From Candidatus Omnitrophota bacterium (GTDB lineage Bacteria > Omnitrophota > Gorgyraeia > JABMRG01 > JAFGKX01): DNA of 18,905 bases. The stretch's first letter is position 1. Each line of letters begins with the position of its first letter. The notes below the pieces were generated by a model. The model made no database searches and was not told where the DNA came from. It saw only the letters and a list, made by a program, of their open reading frames with translations. Position numbers and translations under genes: made by a program. The stretch lies in the NCBI GenBank assembly GCA_020354945.1, contig CP070655.1, forward strand, positions 675,024 through 693,928, given 5' to 3'. This document shows, in pieces, positions 1 through 8,151 of the stretch.

Positions 1-4
1 ATTT

Positions 5-118
5 AAAATTGAAAATGCAAAATGCAAAATGCAAAATTCCAATTCAAAATTAAAAATTTTTATTAATTTTAAATTTTTAACTGTAATTTCTAATTTCTAA
101 TTTTACATTTTTAATTTT
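5..118. repeat. Heptamer tandem repeat array (AAAATGC-type units followed by inverted TAATTTT/TAATTTC-type units)
   Basis: AAAATTG AAAATGC AAAATGC AAAATGC AAAATTC ... then TAATTTT ... TAATTTC TAATTTC ... TAATTTT; overlaps the panB stop codon; may continue beyond the window edge. Confidence 0.8.
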
Positions 119-942
119 TTGAGCTCCTTCTCATCTATCGTAAAACTATGTTCCTTTGCCGGAAATTTTCTTTCTTCTACCTCCGCCTTATATTGCTCCG
201 CAGCCTTTTTTATCTGCAAAAAAACATCCGTATATTTTTTTGCAAATTTTGGAGTAAATTTCTTATAAAGTCCGAGTATATCATATGTAACTAAAACCTG
301 GCCATCGCAATGGATACCCGCACCAATTCCTATGGTTGGGATTTTAACCTTAGAAGTTATAATTTTAGATATTTTATCCGGAATGCACTCAAGTATTATA
401 CCAAAACAGCCTACCTTTTCTAAACGGATAGCATCGTCTATTATCTTTTCGGCGGAAACTGCTGTTTTTCCCTGAACCTTAAATCCACCTAATTGGGTAG
501 CGCTTTGAGGAGTAAGGCCAATATGGCTCATTGCCGGTATGCCTGCTTTCACTATCGCCTTGATCTGGTCTATTACTTCAATGCCTCCTTCTAACTTTAC
601 TGCATCGCAGTTTCCTTCCTTGACGAACCTGCCGGCATTTCTTATGGCTTCCTCTGAGCTCACTTGATACGACATAAATGGCATATCTCCCACTAAAAAT
701 GCGTACTTTGTGCCTCTTGCTACAGCTTTGCAATGATGCAGCATATCATCCATAGTAACAGGCAAAGTATTTTCATAACCAAGCACTACCATTCCAACTG
801 AATCACCTACTAATATCATATCAATGCCTGCTTCATCGATTATAGATGCTAACGGAAAATCATATGCGGTAAGCATGGTAATGGGCTTATTTTCTTTCTT
901 CTTATTTAATAGGCCTGTTATTGTAACTTTCTTTCTTTCCAT
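103..942 (-). CDS. panB: 3-methyl-2-oxobutanoate hydroxymethyltransferase
   Basis: Motifs MLTAYD, ILVGDSVGM, GDMPFMSY, AVKLEGG, HIGLTPQS, PTIGIGAG, DGQVLV; 279 aa. Confidence 0.98.
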   Translation of the reverse strand: MERKKVTITGLLNKKKENKPITMLTAYDFPLASIIDEAGIDMILVGDSVGMVVLGYENTLPVTMDDMLHHCKAVARGTKYAFLVGDMPFMSYQVSSEEAIRNAGRFVKEGNCDAVKLEGGIEVIDQIKAIVKAGIPAMSHIGLTPQSATQLGGFKVQGKTAVSAEKIIDDAIRLEKVGCFGIILECIPDKISKIITSKVKIPTIGIGAGIHCDGQVLVTYDILGLYKKFTPKFAKKYTDVFLQIKKAAEQYKAEVEERKFPAKEHSFTIDEKELKKLKM

Positions 943-943
943 C

Positions 944-978
944 TTTCTTAATCCTTAATCCTTACAACTTAATCCTTA
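944..978. repeat. Heptamer tandem repeat, 5 units of ATCCTTA consensus
   Basis: TTTCTTA ATCCTTA ATCCTTA CAACTTA ATCCTTA fills the spacer between the HD-GYP gene and panB. Confidence 0.85.
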
Positions 979-2409
979 TCAAATTATCTCCAGAAATTTC
1001 TCAACCAGTTTTGGGTCAAATTCTTTCCCACTGCCTTTTCTAAATTGTTCCTTTATCTCTTCTTTAGCCAATGCCTTTCTGTAAGGGCGGTCGGTAGCCA
1101 TAGCATCATATGCATCTACCACCTTTAGTATTCTTGCTGTAAGCGGTATCTCTTCTCCTTTTAATCTATCAGGATAACCTGTACCATTCCACCATTCCTG
1201 ATGATGCCTTACTATATCGCATAATGGGGCTAGTTTTTTTATAGGTCGTATTATATTCTCGCCGATTATAACGTGCTTTTGTAATTCTTTTTGCTCTTGT
1301 TCTCTAAGAGGTTCTTTTTTGCGCAAAACTTCATCTCTTACGCCTATTTTACCTAAATCGTGTAATTCAGCGCCATTTTCTAAAATCTCTATTGTTTTCT
1401 CGCTCAAACCCAGATGTTTCCCAAACCCGACTACTAATCTAGAAACTCTATCTAAATGGCCTCTGCTATAAGGGTCTTTTGCCTCTACTGCCATGGCCAA
1501 AGCTGTAATTGTTTCTATGTATGTCTGTTCTGCGTCTTCATTAAGCTTGGCATTGGCTATAGCTACTGCAGTCTGCGAAGCTATATTAGATATAAGCACC
1601 ATATCATCTTCCTCAAAACTAACGGAGTTCTTTTTATCAAAAACAGCCAAAACTCCCAGGCAATCCTCTTTATAAAGCAAAGGCACTGATATTATAGTCT
1701 TATAATATAATCTATCTCTATCGCTTGCACCGGGAGTTTCCGTATATGAAGAAATTATCGCCCTTTTCTCTTTGGCAGAAAGCCCTATAATTCCTTCTCC
1801 TATTTTTACTGACGCTTTTTTAGCCACTTTTTCATCAATGCCATACGATACCTTAATCTTTAACTCATTATTTTTCTTATCTAAAAGCATAATACAGATT
1901 TTTTCTGCAGATACACCTTTTACTATTGTCTCGATGACAAGTTCAAGAAGTCTACCTATGCCTTCCGCTGAAGTTAAAGCCATTCCGACTTTTTTAAATA
2001 TACCCTGTATAATATTCTTAGACTCTTCAAGCTCTTTAATCTTGCTCTCTAACTCCCCTGTAATTTTGTTAAAAGACCTTGCTAACTGACCGATCTCATC
2101 GGTCTCTTTTATATCTATTCTTTTCTCATAATTTCCACCGGCTATACCTTTTGCTGTTTTCATTACATAGGAGATAGAACGTAGGCTATATCTTAAAAAT
2201 ATAAACACCAAAGACACCAAACAAACTATAAAAATAATAGTCAATCTAATGTAAGGTAGTTTATTTATCAAAACGTCAAAACCTATAATTTTAACTATAT
2301 ATATTAACACCAAGATAGGGACTAAAGACATAAAAAAGAAAGAGATTGCTAATTTTTTGAGCAGGCTTTCTTCGCTAAGAGGCTTTAGCTTCATAAGAGG
2401 TTTTGGCAT
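979..2409 (-). CDS. Membrane-anchored HAMP-GAF-HD-GYP protein, probable cyclic di-GMP phosphodiesterase
   Basis: Two N-terminal hydrophobic segments; HAMP motif (DEIGQLARSFN); GAF region (GEGIIG...SVPL...LGVL); HD-GYP motifs EAKDPYSRGH, LHDLGK, HHQEWWNGTGYP, DAYDAM..DRPYR. Confidence 0.93.
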   Translation of the reverse strand: MPKPLMKLKPLSEESLLKKLAISFFFMSLVPILVLIYIVKIIGFDVLINKLPYIRLTIIFIVCLVSLVFIFLRYSLRSISYVMKTAKGIAGGNYEKRIDIKETDEIGQLARSFNKITGELESKIKELEESKNIIQGIFKKVGMALTSAEGIGRLLELVIETIVKGVSAEKICIMLLDKKNNELKIKVSYGIDEKVAKKASVKIGEGIIGLSAKEKRAIISSYTETPGASDRDRLYYKTIISVPLLYKEDCLGVLAVFDKKNSVSFEEDDMVLISNIASQTAVAIANAKLNEDAEQTYIETITALAMAVEAKDPYSRGHLDRVSRLVVGFGKHLGLSEKTIEILENGAELHDLGKIGVRDEVLRKKEPLREQEQKELQKHVIIGENIIRPIKKLAPLCDIVRHHQEWWNGTGYPDRLKGEEIPLTARILKVVDAYDAMATDRPYRKALAKEEIKEQFRKGSGKEFDPKLVEKFLEII

Positions 2410-2421
2410 TACTTTGTATAT

Positions 2422-2514
2422 GCACTGTTTGGGATTTCAAATGGGCAAGCATCCACTAAGTTGCTTACTATTCGCGTTGGAGGACATTTGTCTCTTTGGA
2501 ATCCCAAAGGGTGC
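2422..2514. repeat. Intergenic inverted-repeat (REP/MITE-like) element
   Basis: TTTGGGATTTCAAA (2428-2441) pairs with TTTGGAATCCCAAA (2495-2508) at 13/14; outer GCAC/GTGC and inner GGCAA/TTGTC extend the stem. Confidence 0.7.
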
Positions 2515-2526
2515 TATTCTCCTACG

Positions 2527-3399
2527 TTACAATCCTGCAGCATCGAGAAGGAGGGGGACCTTGCTCTCCCAGCCAATAGGCATAATATGAACTCCCCGGC
2601 ATAGAGTTTTTAATCCATTTATAAGCCCGGATGCAATCTCAACAGCTTTTTTTACTCTGTCTTTCTTATCTACCGATTCTATGTCTTTTATAAGAGTATT
2701 CGGAACATTCACCCCTGCTACATTATCATTCATATAATGAGCCATTGCCGGCGATTTAAGTAATATTACACTGGCTAAAATTGGCACATCTATATGCTTT
2801 ACTTTTTTTAAAAATAAGGTAAATTTATCTATATCGAAGACTGCCTGGGTTTGAAAAAACTTAGCACCTGATTTTACTTTTTTCTCCATCTTGATTATCT
2901 CCGGCTCTATAGGGTCTATGCCGGGATTGACCGCTGCTCCGGGTAAAATTTTGGGTTTTCCATCGAGTTTATTCCCGGCCATATCAACTCCTGAATTGAG
3001 TAATTTTATAACCTCAAGAAGCTGAACCGAATCCAAATCATAAACCGGTTTTGCTTCGGGATGGTCCCCTCTTAATGGATGGTCACCGGTAAGCGCTAAT
3101 ATATTCTCTATCCCCAATACTGCAGCTGAAAGAATATCCGATTGCAGGGCTAAACGATTTCTATCGCGAGTAGTCAACTGCAATATCGGCTCATGGCCCC
3201 ATGTTCTTAAAAGATAGCACATAACTAAAGAGCCAAGTCTCATAACAGAACTCTGCAGGTCTGTAACATTCACCGCATCCACTCTTTCTTTAAAAGAATC
3301 AGCTTCTTTTAAAATTTTATCCACATTGATACCTTTGGGCGGGCCTATTTCGCAAGTAACAATAAATTTATCTGATTTAAGTTTTTCTGCTAGGCTCAT
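2527..3399 (-). CDS. metF: Methylenetetrahydrofolate reductase, MetF subunit (MetVF type)
   Basis: EIGPPKG, DAVNVTD, QLTTRDRNRLALQSD, ILALTGD, GAKFFQTQAVFD, GVHIM; ATGA overlap with upstream metV. Confidence 0.95.
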   Translation of the reverse strand: MSLAEKLKSDKFIVTCEIGPPKGINVDKILKEADSFKERVDAVNVTDLQSSVMRLGSLVMCYLLRTWGHEPILQLTTRDRNRLALQSDILSAAVLGIENILALTGDHPLRGDHPEAKPVYDLDSVQLLEVIKLLNSGVDMAGNKLDGKPKILPGAAVNPGIDPIEPEIIKMEKKVKSGAKFFQTQAVFDIDKFTLFLKKVKHIDVPILASVILLKSPAMAHYMNDNVAGVNVPNTLIKDIESVDKKDRVKKAVEIASGLINGLKTLCRGVHIMPIGWESKVPLLLDAAGL

Positions 3400-4043
3400 T
3401 TCGTCTCTAACCTCCTCGGACTTAATCTTTTTGAATTATCTCGAGTAGGTTGGATTTTTTTCATCTTTGATAATTGGCCAAGTTTTTTCAGGCGTTCATA
3501 AATCTGGATCCAGACACAATCCATATCTTTATCCACCTCACATTTTCCGTCTTTTGCACCACCGCATGGGCCGTTTAAAAGGCCTTTAGGGCATAAGGTA
3601 ATAGGGCACAAACTCCCGGTTTCATCAAGCACGCAATCTGAACAAAGAGAACATTTTTGCACAAAACGCCCGTTAGGCTGGACTTCACCCAAAAACAGGG
3701 TCTCAAGCGCAGGATGGACCTTTTTGCCTTTTGTTCCATCCATAATTGTCTGAACGCCATCGCCGCAAACCATAGCAAGTATAGAGTCTGATTCCTGAAT
3801 CTGTTTTTTATGCTGCTGATACATCTTTTTGGCCTTTACTAAATGGCATGGCACATCAACAACGGTAGTCCCGGTAACTATTTTGCCGTATTTTCCTAAG
3901 AAATTCTTCATACTCAAAACTTCCTCTTCTCCGCCGGTTTTACATACCGTAGCACATTCACCGCAACCGGCAATAAAGATTTTCTTATCGCCTTTCAGGT
4001 AATCCAATATTGTCTTTTTATCTTTCTGTTTTGTAATTATCAT
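3396..4043 (-). CDS. metV: Methylenetetrahydrofolate reductase small Cys-rich subunit MetV
   Basis: GCGECATVCKTGG, CGDGVQ, CSLCSDC, CPITLCPKGLLNGPCGG, CEVD..DCVW; start moved to ATG 4043 (MIITKQK), just after the folD stop, instead of 4100. Confidence 0.92.
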   Translation of the reverse strand: MIITKQKDKKTILDYLKGDKKIFIAGCGECATVCKTGGEEEVLSMKNFLGKYGKIVTGTTVVDVPCHLVKAKKMYQQHKKQIQESDSILAMVCGDGVQTIMDGTKGKKVHPALETLFLGEVQPNGRFVQKCSLCSDCVLDETGSLCPITLCPKGLLNGPCGGAKDGKCEVDKDMDCVWIQIYERLKKLGQLSKMKKIQPTRDNSKRLSPRRLETK

Positions 4044-4047
4044 GTTA

Positions 4048-4935
4048 TTAAAATTCTGGCCTGTATTGTTTGTATTTATCCATGTGATCGTATAATTCAA
4101 AAAAATTCTTAATTAACATAATGCTTGTAACCGGGCCTACACCACCAGGAACAGGAGTAATGTAAGAGGCCTTTTTCTTGGCAGATTCAAAATCGATATC
4201 ACCTATAATCTTTCCTTCTTCCATTTTTGTAGCAACATCTATCACTACTGCATCTTTTTTTATCCATTCGCCTGAAATCTTAAAATTCTTTGCGCCAACA
4301 GCACTTATTAAAATTTCTGCCCCCTCTATATGTTTTTGCAACAGCTTGCGCTCACTTGTAGCTATATGACACACTGTAACAGTCGCAAACTCATCTAACA
4401 ACATCCAGCTTAATGGCTTGCCTGTAATATCACTATGGCCTATTATCACAACTTCCTTACCGCGTAATTTTATTCTCCTCCATTTTAGCAGTTCCATAAT
4501 TGCTGCTGGAGTACAGGGAGCTAAACTATAATCGCCTAAAAGAAATCTACTTATATGTCGTGGATGTAAAGCTTCTACATCTTTTTCCGAAGATATGCGT
4601 CTTATAACATCTAAATGACCTATGTCTTCGGGCAAAGGAAGTTGAACCATGATTCCTGTAACATGTGGATCGCCGTTGAGCTTATCTATAAATTGGTTAA
4701 TTTCTTCTTTTGAGACATTCTCTTCTAACTTTTCAGGTTCGTACAAGATACCAAATTTATTACATAATTTTTTTTGCGAGGCTGCATACATCTCAGAGGA
4801 GGCATTTTCACCTATCATCATAGAAACAAGTTTGGGGCTTGATTTAGTCTTATCTTTTTCGATCCTAAGCCTCTCTTGCAATAACTGTTCTTCTATGCTT
4901 TCGGCTAACTCTTTGCCATCCAGTACTTTTGCCAT
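4048..4935 (-). CDS. folD: Methylenetetrahydrofolate dehydrogenase FolD (possibly monofunctional)
   Basis: VLDGKELA, GIMVQLPLP, KDV, PCTPAA, TVTVCH, GDIDF, YITPVPGGVGPVT. Confidence 0.96.
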   Translation of the reverse strand: MAKVLDGKELAESIEEQLLQERLRIEKDKTKSSPKLVSMMIGENASSEMYAASQKKLCNKFGILYEPEKLEENVSKEEINQFIDKLNGDPHVTGIMVQLPLPEDIGHLDVIRRISSEKDVEALHPRHISRFLLGDYSLAPCTPAAIMELLKWRRIKLRGKEVVIIGHSDITGKPLSWMLLDEFATVTVCHIATSERKLLQKHIEGAEILISAVGAKNFKISGEWIKKDAVVIDVATKMEEGKIIGDIDFESAKKKASYITPVPGGVGPVTSIMLIKNFFELYDHMDKYKQYRPEF

Positions 4936-5477
4936 GATTTGTTGGGGTCAGACACTAGGAATTGATATCGCTTTCCAAGGGTCTGACCCCATTTTTTATC
5001 TTTTATGTTTTTTATATTCACATCCACATTTAGCTTTGCTGATTTAAAGGCTGAACTAAAAGCAGTTTTTGCGCAAGCCACATCGCTTATTAGGTTTTTG
5101 TTAACTGCATTCTGCAATTTACCGCACAACCTTGTCATTTCATAACTTTTACTGCAAATCTTCAAAGGGACGAAGGTCGCCTTTTTTAAAGCTACTTGCG
5201 TTTTATAAGAATCCTTACCGTATCGTTTATAACATAAGGAGAATTTATCATAGGCAGTTATATCCTCGTCCATTAATCTTAAAAAATAACCTCTGGTGTT
5301 TTTCAAAATAGCAGCTGATTTTTTAATAATTCGTTTATCACTATAGTTTACCACCATTTCCAATAAAGCGCAACCTATTGCTCCAAAAAGAGCTGCTGTG
5401 CTGCCACCACCGGGAACGGGAGATTTACTGGCAAGTCTTTTAAGATATGTTTTTACGGAAAGATCTGCGTATTTCAT
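4905..5477 (-). CDS. fchA: Cyclodeaminase/cyclohydrolase family protein (FchA-like methenyl-THF cyclohydrolase)
   Basis: LASKSPVPGGGSTAALFGAIGCAL..MV, DEDITAY, A..VPL, NKNLISD, A.LNV.VN; located between fhs and folD. Confidence 0.88.
   Translation of the reverse strand: MKYADLSVKTYLKRLASKSPVPGGGSTAALFGAIGCALLEMVVNYSDKRIIKKSAAILKNTRGYFLRLMDEDITAYDKFSLCYKRYGKDSYKTQVALKKATFVPLKICSKSYEMTRLCGKLQNAVNKNLISDVACAKTAFSSAFKSAKLNVDVNIKNIKDKKWGQTLGKRYQFLVSDPNKSWQKYWMAKS
4943..4991. repeat. REP-like inverted repeat inside the 3' end of fchA
   Basis: TGGGGTCAGAC (4943-4953) / GTCTGACCCCA (4981-4991) is a perfect 11-bp IR, extended by ACTAGGAA/TTCCAAGG (6/8). Confidence 0.85.
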
Positions 5478-5507
5478 ATGTTTTATAAATTTTGATTTTC
5501 GAATTTT

Positions 5508-7121
5508 TTATATCAACCCTCTTATATTCCCTTCATCATCTATATCTATTCTTTCAGCGGCAGGCTCTTTTGGTAACCCTGGCATAAGTTGTATTTTGCC
5601 GGCGATAGGTATTATAAAACCGGCGCCGGCTGAAATCTTTACATTCTTTATTTTCAATTTCCATCCTCGGGGCACTCCCTTCCTCTTTGGCTCATCTGTT
5701 AGAGAAAGATGCGTCTTGGCTATATTCACAAGAAATTTATCAAAGCCTAAAGAACTAAATTTTGCAATATCATCATTAGCTCCTTTTGTATAAGTAACGC
5801 TGCCGGCTCCGTAAATCTGGGTAGCTATCCTGTAAATTTTATCCTTAATGGGCTCTTCTGGGTTATAAAGATGCCTAAAGTTTGATGGATGAGAATGCAT
5901 AGCTCTAAGGCAAGCTTGGGCTAATTCAATGCCACCTGAGCCCCCTTTTGTAACCACTTCTGATATAACTGCATCTACTTCTAAACCACGGCAATATTTT
6001 TTGGTTTTCTCTAATTCTCTGTTGGTATCTTCAGGAAATCTATTTATTGCCACTACCGGTTGTATTCCGAATTTTTTTATATTTTCTATATGATGTTTTA
6101 AATTAGCCATTCCTCCTTTTCCGTGGAGTTTGAGCGCTCTTATAGATACTACCAGAACAGAAATGGATGGTTTTAAAATCTCTTTGCTACCGGGCAAACG
6201 CAACCGACATACTATATCAAAAAATTTCTCTGCTCCTAAATCCGTGCCAAAGCCATTCTCAGTAATTACATAATTTGCCAATTTTGACGCCATAACCAGG
6301 CTCAGGAAACTGTTATTCCCATGGGCAATATTGGCAAACGGTCCGGTATGAACGAATACAGCATTCCCTTCCGTAGTCTGAACAAGATTTGGCCTTATTG
6401 CATCTTTTAAAAGAGCAGCCATTGCACCGGCTGCTTTTAGGTCTTTTGCAGTAACAGGGCCTCCTTTCTTTGTATAAGCTACTATAATCTTAGAGAGTCT
6501 TTTTTTAAGATCCCTTATACTCGTAGTAAGAGCTAAAATAGCCATTATTTCGCTTGAAGCAGTGATGTCAAATCCGCTTTCATATATTAATGCATTGCTT
6601 CTACTTCCTTGGCCAACGGTTATATGCCTCAATGACCTATCATTTATATCGACTACTCTGCGCCAGACTATTTTATTTATATCGATATTTAGTCCATTGC
6701 CCCTATAAATATGATTATCAAGCATAGATGCTAGCAAATTATGGGCCGATGCTATTGCATAAATATCGCGGGTAAAATGTAAATTTATATCATCCATGGG
6801 AATTATCTGGGCATGACCTTTACCGCAACCGCCGCCTTTTATGCCAAAAGTAGGCCCTAATGAAGGCTCTCGCAAACATAACATTACTCTTTTCTTCAAT
6901 TTGGCAAAGGCCTCGGTCAGGCCTATGGCTGTAGAAGTTTTGCCTTCACCAAGCCTGGTAGGAGTTATTGATGTTATATTGATGAGTTTTCCATTTGGCT
7001 TATGCGCCAATCTTTCTAATATGCTCAGTGAGACTTTGGCCTTGTATGAGCCATAAGTCTCTATTTCATCATGCCTTATCCCTATAGATTTTGCAATTTC
7101 AGAAATCTGTTTCGGTTTCAT
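5508..7121 (-). CDS. fhs: Formate--tetrahydrofolate ligase
   Basis: GEGKTST, LREPSLGPTFGIKGG, INLHFT, FDITASSEIMA, PNLVQT, HTGPFANIAHG, DLGAEKFFDI, MPGLP; ATG 7121 forms an ATGA overlap with the rnhB stop (alternative ATG at 7136). Confidence 0.96.
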   Translation of the reverse strand: MKPKQISEIAKSIGIRHDEIETYGSYKAKVSLSILERLAHKPNGKLINITSITPTRLGEGKTSTAIGLTEAFAKLKKRVMLCLREPSLGPTFGIKGGGCGKGHAQIIPMDDINLHFTRDIYAIASAHNLLASMLDNHIYRGNGLNIDINKIVWRRVVDINDRSLRHITVGQGSRSNALIYESGFDITASSEIMAILALTTSIRDLKKRLSKIIVAYTKKGGPVTAKDLKAAGAMAALLKDAIRPNLVQTTEGNAVFVHTGPFANIAHGNNSFLSLVMASKLANYVITENGFGTDLGAEKFFDIVCRLRLPGSKEILKPSISVLVVSIRALKLHGKGGMANLKHHIENIKKFGIQPVVAINRFPEDTNRELEKTKKYCRGLEVDAVISEVVTKGGSGGIELAQACLRAMHSHPSNFRHLYNPEEPIKDKIYRIATQIYGAGSVTYTKGANDDIAKFSSLGFDKFLVNIAKTHLSLTDEPKRKGVPRGWKLKIKNVKISAGAGFIIPIAGKIQLMPGLPKEPAAERIDIDDEGNIRGLI

Positions 7122-7756
7122 CCAAACAAACCCCATTTCCTGTGCAACGGTGATAATCCATGCTTTTTGATTGTCTTAAAATGTGCCTTCGTTCCATAAC
7201 CTTTATGAGTTGCGAATCCATATTCAGGAAAAAGCCCATCATAAAAGGCCATAAGTCTATCCCTTGTCACCTTGGCTACTATAGAAGCAGAGGCTATCGA
7301 TAAACTTTTTTGATCTCCACGCACAATGCAAATTTGCCTTATAGGAAGGTTTAACTTTAAAATTCCATCTATGAGTAACAAGTCCGGTAAAACCGGAAGG
7401 TTAAAGAAGGCCTGCTCCATAGCCATGATTGTCGCGTTTTTAATATTAATATCTTCTATAGTATCTTCTAAAACTATTCCAACTCCAACATGGGCCTTTT
7501 CTATAACCTGCTTATATCCCTTTTGCCTGGAGAGTGGGGTTAACCTTTTTGAATCATCTATTTTTGTGGTAAAATCGAATCTTTTCAATACAACGCAGGC
7601 AGCTACAACCGGACCTGCAAGAGGGCCTCTGCCCGCTTCATCAATCCCGGCGATGCATCTATAACCCTGCTCTTTAGCCCTCTTTTCCCGAAGAAGCGTC
7701 GGAAGGCTGCTCTTCTTTTGAAATAATCTTTTCTTCGACCCTGGTCTTTTTACCAA
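7118..7756 (-). CDS. rnhB: Ribonuclease HII
   Basis: [54 protein letters not shown]; start uncertain (TTG 7756 lies inside rplS). Confidence 0.96.
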   Translation of the reverse strand: MVKRPGSKKRLFQKKSSLPTLLREKRAKEQGYRCIAGIDEAGRGPLAGPVVAACVVLKRFDFTTKIDDSKRLTPLSRQKGYKQVIEKAHVGVGIVLEDTIEDINIKNATIMAMEQAFFNLPVLPDLLLIDGILKLNLPIRQICIVRGDQKSLSIASASIVAKVTRDRLMAFYDGLFPEYGFATHKGYGTKAHFKTIKKHGLSPLHRKWGLFG

Positions 7757-8063
7757 CTTTTTTCCTTAGATAATAAAGCTTGCCCCTCTTTACCTTTCCT
7801 GTTCGTACAACCTCTATCTTCTCTACGGAAGGCAAACGAATTAAAAATGTCCTCTCTACCCCTTCTCCATAAGATATGCGCCTTACTGTAAAAGTCTCAT
7901 CTTTGCCGGCGCCTTTGCGTGCTATCACTATCCCTTCGAATGGCTGAATTCTCTGCTTTCCGGCCTCGACAATTTTCACGTCTACTCTGACTGTATCACC
8001 AACGGAAAATTTTGATATATTTTTTCCTTTTGTTTTCTTCTGAGCCTGATTGGTTTTATCCAT
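7674..8063 (-). CDS. rplS: 50S ribosomal protein L19
   Basis: [42 protein letters not shown]; ATG 8063 with GGAGG 7 nt upstream (the ORF-track start 8141 runs through a repeat). Confidence 0.97.
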   Translation of the reverse strand: MDKTNQAQKKTKGKNISKFSVGDTVRVDVKIVEAGKQRIQPFEGIVIARKGAGKDETFTVRRISYGEGVERTFLIRLPSVEKIEVVRTGKVKRGKLYYLRKKVGKKTRVEEKIISKEEQPSDASSGKEG

Positions 8064-8112
8064 TTTTAATCCTCCAATTTTAACAAAGTCAAAATTGTCC
8101 CGAGCAATACTA

Positions 8113-8147
8113 AAATCCTGCCGGCAGGCAGGCAAGTGCAAGGATTT
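8113..8147. repeat. Short palindromic element CCTGCCGGCAGGCAGG within an AAATCCT/AGGATTT inverted repeat
   Basis: CCTGCCGGCAGG (8117-8128) is a perfect 12-bp palindrome followed by CAGG; AAATCCT (8113-8119) pairs with AGGATTT (8141-8147); GC-rich patch in an AT-rich spacer. Confidence 0.7.
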
Positions 8148-8151
8148 AATA

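Noticed and set aside
5478-5510. Possible heptamer array (AATTTTG ATTTTCG AATTTTT) in the fhs-fchA spacer
   Set aside because: Too short and low-complexity to distinguish from AT-rich background.
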